From positions 14,378 through 78,377 of the forward strand of contig JBEKES010000001.1 of assembly GCA_050013715.1 (NCBI GenBank): 64,000 nucleotides of DNA. Reading direction: 5' to 3'. The first letter of the stretch is position 1; each line of letters begins with the position of its first letter. The position numbers and the translations under genes were made by a program. Below, piece by piece: positions 18,305-25,946 of this stretch. Under the pieces are notes generated by a model. The model saw only the letters and a list, made by a program, of their open reading frames with translations. It searched no databases and was not told where the DNA came from. Source of the DNA: Candidatus Micrarchaeaceae archaeon (GTDB lineage: Archaea; Micrarchaeota; Micrarchaeia; Micrarchaeales; Micrarchaeaceae).

Positions 18305-18716
18305 TATTTATCTTTTTACCGATGGCAATGAGCTCGTTTTGCATTTGCTCGTTGAACTCCAATTTGTAAACGTAATATTCGAATTGCCCGTACCCCATCA
18401 TATTATGATTTACCTCCGCATCTACTGGAGTATCATATTTTGCCGCACGGCTTTCCATTTCCTGCTTTATTAGTTTATTTATCTCTTCGAATTGTTTCCT
18501 TGACATTTTTATCCTTATGCCGCAGGCACCTGACTCTTTGCCCAACAGTATATAGCTTGCTGGTCTGCCAGCCATAGTATGTTTGTAACCAGTTATTTTG
18601 GTTTTGTGATGAATTCTGGCCTGCTTTTGGACTGTCTGGCTTTCCCTGATCCATAAACCGTTTATGGCTAGCCTTGGAGGCACTGGAATCTGTTTTGGTT
18701 CTGCAGATGCTAGCAT
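18288..18716 (-). CDS. Hypothetical protein, paralog 3 of tandem triplet
   Basis: GACGIRIKMS motif; C-terminal QNELIAIGKKINKMLQL. Confidence 0.8.
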   Translation of the reverse strand: MLASAEPKQIPVPPRLAINGLWIRESQTVQKQARIHHKTKITGYKHTMAGRPASYILLGKESGACGIRIKMSRKQFEEINKLIKQEMESRAAKYDTPVDAEVNHNMMGYGQFEYYVYKLEFNEQMQNELIAIGKKINKMLQL

Positions 18717-18720
18717 ATCA

Positions 18721-19065
18721 TCACAATTGCAGCTCTTTCTTCACATCGGATCCGATAAAAAGAAGGGCCTCTACCACTAAAGCGTCAACCTCTGCCTCAT
18801 AGCCGGAGCACCTAATTTCTGCAAATCCCTGTTCATCATAGATATAATTAATCCTTGGAAGCACGGCAAGCCTTGCAGGATTTCCTTGTGGGTTCTTGAC
18901 TTCCCTTAGATTGTTGAATTGGCTTTCTGACATTTTTATTCTTATGGCGCAAGTACCGATCCCTTTATAGCTTATATAATGGTGGCTTGCCCCAAAATTA
19001 GGGACTATTTCTTCTTCGTAGCCTTTCAGCCTTGTTGTTCTCGGATTGTTTATTGTTGCTGGCAT
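18721..19065 (-). CDS. Hypothetical protein, paralog 2 of tandem triplet
   Basis: GTCAIRIKMS motif; C-terminal IGSDVKKELQL. Confidence 0.8.
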   Translation of the reverse strand: MPATINNPRTTRLKGYEEEIVPNFGASHHYISYKGIGTCAIRIKMSESQFNNLREVKNPQGNPARLAVLPRINYIYDEQGFAEIRCSGYEAEVDALVVEALLFIGSDVKKELQL

Positions 19066-19074
19066 GTTATCACG

Positions 19075-19491
19075 CTATAATTGTAACATTTCCTTTATTT
19101 TGGCGCCTATGCCAATAAGTTCATTTTGTGCTTGTGTATTGTAGCTTTCTGTATAAGCTCCATAGGAAAATGTGCCGAACCCTTTTTCACCATAAGTAAC
19201 GCATATTTGTTGAATTGGTGTTGTTTTTGGAATGGCCTTTTCCATTTCTAGCTCAATTTGGTTTTTTATGCTATCAAATTGTTGCCTTGACATAAGTATT
19301 CGTATACCACAGGCGCCAAAATGGTTACCTAAGGTTACATAGCTAGCACCAGTGCATTCAACAACATTGTGCTCATATCCTTTTATAGTTCTTTTGCATG
19401 TTTGTGCTGCATGTGTTTCCTCCCATTCCGGTGATTGCATTCTATTTTCTACTGGAGGTGCAGATCTAGGAATGGTTTGCATTTTACTCAT
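19075..19491 (-). CDS. Hypothetical protein, paralog 1 of tandem triplet
   Basis: GACGIRILMS motif; C-terminal QNELIGIGAKIKEMLQL. Confidence 0.8.
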   Translation of the reverse strand: MSKMQTIPRSAPPVENRMQSPEWEETHAAQTCKRTIKGYEHNVVECTGASYVTLGNHFGACGIRILMSRQQFDSIKNQIELEMEKAIPKTTPIQQICVTYGEKGFGTFSYGAYTESYNTQAQNELIGIGAKIKEMLQL

Positions 19492-19503
19492 ATTATCACA
19501 GTA

Positions 19504-19851
19504 TTATTGCATTTTTATACCCTGAATGCTTTGCTCCCTTAGGAATTCAAGCCAAGTTTGGAAGTTTGCGACAACAATTTCTCTTGAATCGCGCAAACTT
19601 GTTAGTTTATATAACAAGAGAGTTACTGCAAATTTTGTTGCTGTAGAATCGTTATCAAATATTTTTGGATCTACAATTCTGACCATTTTAATGTAAGAAT
19701 CGAGAAATATTTTCATTTGCCCTAGGTCTGTTATTTCCTTTACAGCAATTTCAGCTACAGAACCTGAAGTTCTGCCGCGCATTAGACCATCTATAAATGG
19801 AACTCTGCCAGTTATGTCTACTCCTCTAACTACTGTTTTTAATGCATCCAT
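19504..19851 (-). CDS. Hypothetical protein, first gene of ORFan operon
   Basis: TATATATA promoter then GTGATAATATG. Confidence 0.7.
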   Translation of the reverse strand: MDALKTVVRGVDITGRVPFIDGLMRGRTSGSVAEIAVKEITDLGQMKIFLDSYIKMVRIVDPKIFDNDSTATKFAVTLLLYKLTSLRDSREIVVANFQTWLEFLREQSIQGIKMQ

Positions 19852-19924
19852 ATTATCACATTATTATTGCAGCTTTCCAAATATATATAGCTTATTGTGC
19901 CATCGATTATTGACGAATTAATAA

Positions 19925-20581
19925 TTAGGTAATGTTAAGGTCTGAAAGCTGGTATGCCAATAACTGCTTTGCCTGGCTTAGCTGCAGTGCCGTGCCCTGG
20001 TTGAATATTAATATAGCATAAGGGCCGTCATGGGCATAGATTACAGCTGCAGCCTGTCCTTTGTTGATTGCATCGCCAGAATAGAACATATAGGTTGAAT
20101 CTCCCTGCAATCCTGTTGTTACGTTTGATGCATTGGGAAACATTGATTTTAATGCTGAATTTACGTAATTATTTGCATCAATTGGATTATAGAATGCTAC
20201 CCATTCCGTGGATAGTAATTCTCCTCCGTTGCTGAAGCTTTCTGATCCTAATGCCTTTACCATTACCTTTGAACCGTTCGGATAGGTTAGGTTTGTATTG
20301 TTGCTGCTGTATTGCGCAGCTGAGGTCCAGCCGGTTCCCAGTGAAGATATTACTTGCTCTACGGCAAGCGACTTGTTTCCTCCGCTGATTTGATATATCG
20401 TTGTTGTGCATGTTGGATTTGCTGTTGTTGTATTAGAATTGGTTATGGTGGTATAGGATGAGCCTGTGCTTATGCTGATAGAAGATGAACTGCTTCCGAA
20501 TTTGCCAGATGTTACGATGTAAGCCAATGCAACTATTGCAATGATTATAACTATTGCAACTACAATAGAACCCGCTTTCAT
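19925..20581 (-). CDS. Membrane-anchored Ser/Thr-rich surface protein
   Basis: N-terminal TM, S/T linker, several NxS/T sequons. Confidence 0.8.
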   Translation of the reverse strand: MKAGSIVVAIVIIIAIVALAYIVTSGKFGSSSSSISISTGSSYTTITNSNTTTANPTCTTTIYQISGGNKSLAVEQVISSLGTGWTSAAQYSSNNTNLTYPNGSKVMVKALGSESFSNGGELLSTEWVAFYNPIDANNYVNSALKSMFPNASNVTTGLQGDSTYMFYSGDAINKGQAAAVIYAHDGPYAILIFNQGTALQLSQAKQLLAYQLSDLNIT

Positions 20582-20646
20582 AGAACTACCCAAGTTATTA
20601 TTATAAAACAGCATAAAGTTATATAAATTTGTTTTATTCCTGAATT

Positions 20647-20841
20647 TTATTTCTTCTTTTGAGTATTAGTTAAACGGAACATTTTCCTGAAAGTAAGGTA
20701 TATTATGTAAACTACCAGGATGAAAAGCACGAGTATGGTAATATCGCCAAGCACACGGGGCAGATACCCGAATGCAAAGCCCAAAGCCAATAATACAAGG
20801 AAAATCGTAGCAACTATTGATACTTTGACAGATTTTTCCAT
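20647..20841 (-). CDS. Small two-TM membrane protein
   Basis: Two hydrophobic helices, basic tail, GTGAT RBS. Confidence 0.65.
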   Translation of the reverse strand: MEKSVKVSIVATIFLVLLALGFAFGYLPRVLGDITILVLFILVVYIIYLTFRKMFRLTNTQKKK

Positions 20842-20845
20842 TTAA

Positions 20846-21415
20846 TCACTTTTCTATTGATTTTAATACATTATCCAACTGCCTTTCAAGATAATCCACT
20901 GTTTTTGTGTTTTTAAGGGTATAGTTCGCATGACTCATTATCACTACCGGGCCGTGCTTTTCCTCGCTTTTGTCGGACATGAATCCTCTTTTCTCCCTTG
21001 TATTCAGCCATCTGAAATCCGCAAGGTTCTTCGGATCCTCTGGTTTTCCTCTTGTAGCTAAACGATTGTATCTTGTATCAAATGAGGATTGTATTGCAAT
21101 TATCACTATGCCCTTAAGGTGCTTTTTAAGATAATTTAGTTCGTAGGTGCTTCTGACGCCCATTACAACTATTTTATTCATCGATTTGTTGATTTTCTTG
21201 ACAACGTATTTGGCGTATATGTCTTTTCCCTGCTCTTCCCTCAATGTTTTTGTGAATTCCCTTGTAGCCCTTGGATCATTACGCGGAATGTTGGCTTTCT
21301 TCAATAATTCGCGCCATATGTCACCTATTTCTATTACAGTGAATTCTCTTTCTTTCAGTAATTCGGCAACTGTGCTCTTTCCAGAGCCGGGAAGCCCGAC
21401 TACAACTAGTATCAT
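20846..21415 (-). CDS. P-loop NMP kinase family (UPF0200 / dephospho-CoA kinase-like)
   Basis: VVGLPGSGKST Walker A; GVRS; RGKPEDP. Confidence 0.85.
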   Translation of the reverse strand: MILVVVGLPGSGKSTVAELLKEREFTVIEIGDIWRELLKKANIPRNDPRATREFTKTLREEQGKDIYAKYVVKKINKSMNKIVVMGVRSTYELNYLKKHLKGIVIIAIQSSFDTRYNRLATRGKPEDPKNLADFRWLNTREKRGFMSDKSEEKHGPVVIMSHANYTLKNTKTVDYLERQLDNVLKSIEK

Positions 21416-21450
21416 TTTTTAACCTTCAAATTTCATAAATTAAACATTAA

Positions 21451-22617
21451 TCAAATATTAAAGGTTAATTCTTTCTGCTCTGAATTATTAATGCCCATAT
21501 TTCTTAATGTAATCGTTGGTTTTTTTATTACAGCACCAAGTTGTTTTGCTTCTATCCCATATTCTCTTGCAACTTGTATTACTTTATTTGGTTGTGGAGT
21601 AGCAATGATCATTCCTTGCCCCATATTCCATGTGCGGTAAGCTTCCCTGTCAGTAACAGCACCCTTCTCCTGAGCATAGGACATAAGATAAAATGGCCTG
21701 AATAAATCTTCTAAATGAGCGCCCATTTTAGTAGGTCTAAGCATTCTGCCTAATTTCTCTGGTATTCCGCCTCCAGTTATATGTGCGATTCCGTGTATCT
21801 CTGCTCTTGGTTCATCACCTAATGAACCAAACATTGCCACAACAGCAGCACAGTAAATTCTGGAAGGAAGTAATGCAGCTTCTGCCAGATTTTTGCCGCT
21901 GTATTTTTCTTCGTGCCAGTTTTCGCCATGTGCAGATTTCATTATTTTCCTGTATAAGGATAATCCGTTGGATCTAAATCCGTATTCCCTTAGGCCAACT
22001 AGTGCATCTCCTACTTTTATATCATAACCAGTTAACATCTTTTCCTTTTTCGCGAACCATACAACACCTGCGGACCAGTTATAATTGAATTTGCCATAAC
22101 CGCTTACTCTTGCACCCAACTCTGCAATTTCCCCATTTACAATAACGACGTTAGCCTCTTTTGCTGCCCCGACATACCCTATGGCTAATTGTTTAACTAG
22201 TTCTATGTTTGAAGCATTTTCCACTCCTAGACTATTAACGTCTAAAACAGAACCTATCAGTACAGGCTCTGCGCCTCTAAGTACAGCATCATCGCAGGTC
22301 ATACCAAAAAGATCGTATCCTGCCGTGTCATGCTTCTCTGATCTTTCACCAAGCTCAACTTTTGTTCCTATACCATCAAAATTGAGACTCATGTATGTGC
22401 CTTTAGGCAAACCACCAACGTGAATTGCTCTAAGTCCAGAAAAATCAGGAAATAATTCTATCACTTCTCCTAGTTTACCTTTTCTGTTGATCCAACTTAG
22501 TTTTGCTGCCTCATAAAGAACTTTTGAAGCCTCATTACCAAATTCGACACTGACTCCAGAACTTTTATAGTCAGTATGTACTGAAGTATTTGCACGCTTT
22601 TTACTAGACTTCATCAT
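21451..22617 (-). CDS. purM: Phosphoribosylformylglycinamidine cyclo-ligase (AIR synthase)
   Basis: YKSSGV, DGIGTK, GAEP, NGEIAE, GFRSNGLS, HITGGG, TWNMGQG. Confidence 0.92.
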   Translation of the reverse strand: MMKSSKKRANTSVHTDYKSSGVSVEFGNEASKVLYEAAKLSWINRKGKLGEVIELFPDFSGLRAIHVGGLPKGTYMSLNFDGIGTKVELGERSEKHDTAGYDLFGMTCDDAVLRGAEPVLIGSVLDVNSLGVENASNIELVKQLAIGYVGAAKEANVVIVNGEIAELGARVSGYGKFNYNWSAGVVWFAKKEKMLTGYDIKVGDALVGLREYGFRSNGLSLYRKIMKSAHGENWHEEKYSGKNLAEAALLPSRIYCAAVVAMFGSLGDEPRAEIHGIAHITGGGIPEKLGRMLRPTKMGAHLEDLFRPFYLMSYAQEKGAVTDREAYRTWNMGQGMIIATPQPNKVIQVAREYGIEAKQLGAVIKKPTITLRNMGINNSEQKELTFNI

Positions 22618-22638
22618 TTAAACACTTTTTAAAGAGAA

Positions 22639-22758
22639 TCAGATAATTTTGCGCAGCATTTCCATTATTTGCCTAATTCTTTGTGTTTGGTTTGTAGAGT
22701 TATAACTTCTTAATAATGGAGTCTTGATTTCATGCATGTTGTAGTTTTGAATCTGCAT
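22639..22758 (-). CDS. Candidate 39-aa small ORF upstream of purM
   Basis: TATA then GTGAT-GAG-ATG; MQIQNYNMHEIKTPLLRSYNSTNQTQRIRQIMEMLRKII. Confidence 0.35.
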   Translation of the reverse strand: MQIQNYNMHEIKTPLLRSYNSTNQTQRIRQIMEMLRKII

Positions 22759-22920
22759 CTCATCACAATAAGCCTTTATTTTGCCAAATATATATGCCTT
22801 TTGGTGGCTTTCTCTTGAGGGTTTGGCAGTTGTGCCTTAGGGCTTTCTTTATCTCGTTACTGTTGCCTTTTTATTCCTTTACTACCTAATAATTATACTG
22901 CTTGTTAATCGTGTGATAAC

Positions 22921-23664
22921 ATGTTCGAAATAAAGATAGATGATGCAAGATATTGGAAGAATTGCGTAGACTCAATAGTCAGTCTTATAGACGAAGGTTC
23001 CTTCTCCATTACAAAGGAAGGCATATCGCTCAAGGCGATGGATCCTTCAGGCATAAGCATGATCTCATTTTTCATGCCCAACAAGGCATTTGCCAAGTAT
23101 GAAGTGGACAAACCAGCTTCAGTCGGACTCAATCTTGAGAACTTCGGAAAGATACTTGCAAGCTCAAGAATAGAAGAGCAGGTAATAATGAAGGAAAGCG
23201 GCAACAAGTTTATGCTCGAATTCGTAGGCAAGAACAGCAGAAGACGTTATAAATTGCCAATGATAGAAGTAAAGAAAGATGCTGATAAAGAGCCTAAGAT
23301 TGAATTCGATTCAGTTGTAGAGGTAAAGTCAGATTCGCTTAAGGAAATATTAAAAGATGCAAACCTTCTTTCAACGCACATAGGATTCAAAACAGAAAAG
23401 GACTCATTCATGGTGCTTGCAAAGGGAGATGCAGGAGAATTAGAGGAAGAGCACATGAACAATGCTGAAGTAATCAAGAAGATAAACAGCTCAAAGGCAT
23501 CAATGGCTACATTCAATCTGGATTATCTTGAAAGAATGATAAGTGCATGCCCATCCAATTCAACAATGACGCTTTCCATAAAGACAGAGGATCCTATAAA
23601 AATCGAATACAATATAGGAGATGCAAGCGTTTCATACTTGTTGGCGCCGTATATGGAGTCATAA
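22921..23664 (+). CDS. pcn: DNA polymerase sliding clamp PCNA
   Basis: LKAMDPSGISMI, C-terminal YLLAP, 247 aa. Confidence 0.97.
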   Translation: MFEIKIDDARYWKNCVDSIVSLIDEGSFSITKEGISLKAMDPSGISMISFFMPNKAFAKYEVDKPASVGLNLENFGKILASSRIEEQVIMKESGNKFMLEFVGKNSRRRYKLPMIEVKKDADKEPKIEFDSVVEVKSDSLKEILKDANLLSTHIGFKTEKDSFMVLAKGDAGELEEEHMNNAEVIKKINSSKASMATFNLDYLERMISACPSNSTMTLSIKTEDPIKIEYNIGDASVSYLLAPYMES

Positions 23665-23673
23665 AGTGATTTA

Positions 23674-24198
23674 GTGAAGTTCCTTATCTTCATACCTCCT
23701 AAGGATTTCAGGGATGAGTCGCTTTCATTGGTGAAACTATTCTTCGACAAGTGGGGCATACGCTACGACATTACCAGCTATACGTCCAATGAATGTATAG
23801 GAACCCATGGAGCTGCAGTAAGGCCGGATATCCATACCTCAAAAGTGAACAGCAATTACTATGATGGCATAGTGCTAATTGACGGAAAGGGCATTGAGGA
23901 TTACAAGCTATTTGATTACAGGCCATTGCTTGACATAATGTACATATTCAACGAAAGCCACAAGCAGATAATAAGCATAAGCAATTCGATAAAAATTCCT
24001 GCAAGGGCCAACATAGTGAGGGGCAAGAAAATCTCAACTGACATGAGCGACCCTGAATCAAGACGATTGATCCTTCTTTTCCATGGTGAATTGTCGGACA
24101 ACGCCTATGAGATGGCAGGCAATCTGATAAGCATTAGAAACGGAACTGACATAGAAGAGACAATGCCTCAGATACTGGAGCATATTGGAGCAACATAG
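23674..24198 (+). CDS. DJ-1/PfpI family protein, catalytic Cys replaced
   Basis: DFRDE, YDGIVLIDGKG; ISNS where AICHG is expected. Confidence 0.8.
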   Translation: MKFLIFIPPKDFRDESLSLVKLFFDKWGIRYDITSYTSNECIGTHGAAVRPDIHTSKVNSNYYDGIVLIDGKGIEDYKLFDYRPLLDIMYIFNESHKQIISISNSIKIPARANIVRGKKISTDMSDPESRRLILLFHGELSDNAYEMAGNLISIRNGTDIEETMPQILEHIGAT

Positions 24199-24200
24199 CT

Positions 24201-24500
24201 ATGGCAATAAAGAAGAACGCAACGGTAAAGAGGATAGCAAACGAGCGAATTATAATACTCTACAATCTTGCAAAAGAGGAAACTGATCCTAAGCTTTCGA
24301 AAAGATATGTAAAAATCCTAAAGCAGATAGGCCGTCACTACAAGATAAAACTACCAAAGCAGATAAAGAGGGCATTATGCAAGAAATGCAATTCGGTGCT
24401 AATACCTGGAAAGAGCATGACAGTACGATTGGCAAGCAGTAAAAGATACCTAGTCTACAAATGCACAGAATGCGGAACCGAAAGGCACATACACTACTAA
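24201..24500 (+). CDS. rnp4: Ribonuclease P protein component 4 (Rpp21)
   Basis: IANERI..L, KRYV, CKKC...PG, CTECG zinc ribbon. Confidence 0.93.
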   Translation: MAIKKNATVKRIANERIIILYNLAKEETDPKLSKRYVKILKQIGRHYKIKLPKQIKRALCKKCNSVLIPGKSMTVRLASSKRYLVYKCTECGTERHIHY

Positions 24501-24892
24501 TTACTCAGCAGTTTTTTGAATTCAATCTCTTCTTTTTCAGTTAATTCCTGATGTTTTACGAATCCTTCCTTTGCATTGACGTATTTTGGTATTACATGAA
24601 TATGGAAATGAAATATTATCTGCCCTGCCTCTTTTCCTGTATTTGTCGATATTACAATGCCATCTGAGCCTAGTTTCTCTTTTAGCTTTATGCCTAGTCT
24701 TTTTGCAACAAGAAACATGTGAGAAACAGTATCATCTGGGGTTACAAGAATATTCTCATGGTGCTTTTTTGAGATTACGAGCAAATGCCCGTGCCCTGAG
24801 GGATACTTGTCCATCTTCGCATAGCAAATATCATCATTGTATATGTTGTGCTTGTCTTCAATTAATTTGCAGAATATGCAGTCGTTTTCCAT
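24497..24892 (-). CDS. HIT family hydrolase
   Basis: CIFC, GHLLV, AGQIIFHFHIHVIP histidine triad. Confidence 0.95.
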   Translation of the reverse strand: MENDCIFCKLIEDKHNIYNDDICYAKMDKYPSGHGHLLVISKKHHENILVTPDDTVSHMFLVAKRLGIKLKEKLGSDGIVISTNTGKEAGQIIFHFHIHVIPKYVNAKEGFVKHQELTEKEEIEFKKLLSN

Positions 24893-24948
24893 GCAATCAA
24901 AACATATAAGTATCTAATAATATTTAAACATTAATATAGAGTGATAAT

Positions 24949-25425
24949 ATGATGAAAGAACAATTAAGAGATAGTAGAGTTAATTCTTCAATACATGCAG
25001 AAAAATTATTTCCTGCTATTGAAATAGAATATGCTCGCCTTAGGAGAGGCATGCAAAGGAACCTGAATTTACCTTCAAGATACGTAAAAAAAGTTGATTG
25101 TTTATTTTATCGTGATGCTTTCCTAACAGCAGATAATGCAATGTTTTGTGAAGACCAGAATAGGTTTTTAGATGCAGGAATAGAATTCGAAAAGCTCGCA
25201 AAATTGCTTAGAATATTAAACCATTCTACTGAATTAATAATTAAAGCCCATCAGCGTGCTGCAGAAAATTACAGCAAAGCTGCAGATGCGATGCTTGAAA
25301 GATATGGAGCTGCTGAACCGTCCAGAGCAAGACTTGATGCAGTAATGAATATACTTGAGCTAGAGCTCCGCAACAGAATAGCTGCCTTTTACAGTAGTTG
25401 GAACAGCACTGCAGAGCTAGAATAG
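24949..25425 (+). CDS. Hypothetical helical protein
   Basis: GTGATAATATG start. Confidence 0.7.
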   Translation: MMKEQLRDSRVNSSIHAEKLFPAIEIEYARLRRGMQRNLNLPSRYVKKVDCLFYRDAFLTADNAMFCEDQNRFLDAGIEFEKLAKLLRILNHSTELIIKAHQRAAENYSKAADAMLERYGAAEPSRARLDAVMNILELELRNRIAAFYSSWNSTAELE

Positions 25426-25448
25426 ATGGGCCTGGAGATTTCCGAACT
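25426..25448 (-). repeat. Degenerate duplicate of tRNA-Ile 3' end (att-like)
   Basis: ATGGGCCTGGAGATTTCCGAACT vs ATGGGCCTGGAGAGATTTGAACT at 25788; first 13 nt identical, 19/23 overall. Confidence 0.65.
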
Positions 25449-25458
25449 TTAGTTAAAA

Positions 25459-25683
25459 TTATTCCCTGAGAAACTCTTCTTGGAGAATTCTTATAAAATC
25501 CCTTACTTCAGTCGCAGTTAAATTAGGTGTAATGGCTGAGTTATATTTTGGAACTACTTCAATCGACATTGTATTTTTAGTTTCTGTAGCGGGACGCCTA
25601 AGTTCTATTCTAGCATCATTATATTCCAAGATTCTATGCGCCGTTGGCGATTCTTTAAATTCTTTCAATTCAGTTCTAGTCAT
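25459..25683 (-). CDS. Small hypothetical protein (start MTRTE)
   Basis: ORF between tRNA-Ile and its 3'-end duplicate; shared ORFan promoter upstream. Confidence 0.6.
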   Translation of the reverse strand: MTRTELKEFKESPTAHRILEYNDARIELRRPATETKNTMSIEVVPKYNSAITPNLTATEVRDFIRILQEEFLRE

Positions 25684-25788
25684 AATACCACAAATTAACT
25701 CTGTTTTAAGAGATATATATACCTTCTTGGTAGGAAGTTCAAAAATACAGGGGCTCAAAGGCTTAGCTGGATCGCAACACGTTACTTA

Positions 25789-25901
25789 TGGGCCTGGAGA
25801 GATTTGAACTCTCGACATCTGGCTTTCTTCTTGATAAAACTTCTTTTAAAGAAGTTCTCAATTATAAGACCAGCGCTCTGACCAGGCTGAGCTACAAGCC
25901 C
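25789..25901 (-). tRNA. tRNA-Ile(TAT) with 38-nt intron at 37/38 (25825-25862)
   Basis: Cloverleaf GGGCTTG/CAGGCCC, anticodon arm CTGGT-CT TAT A|A-GCCAG, T loop TTCAAAT, BHB-like intron. Confidence 0.92.
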
Positions 25902-25946
25902 ATTAAAGTAAAGAATTGTTGACGGATTAAGTATTTAACCTTATAG

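Noticed and set aside
25426..25810. Gene-containing large intron in the tRNA-Ile T loop
   Set aside because: The tRNA is already complete at 25789, and the downstream copy cannot form a full T stem
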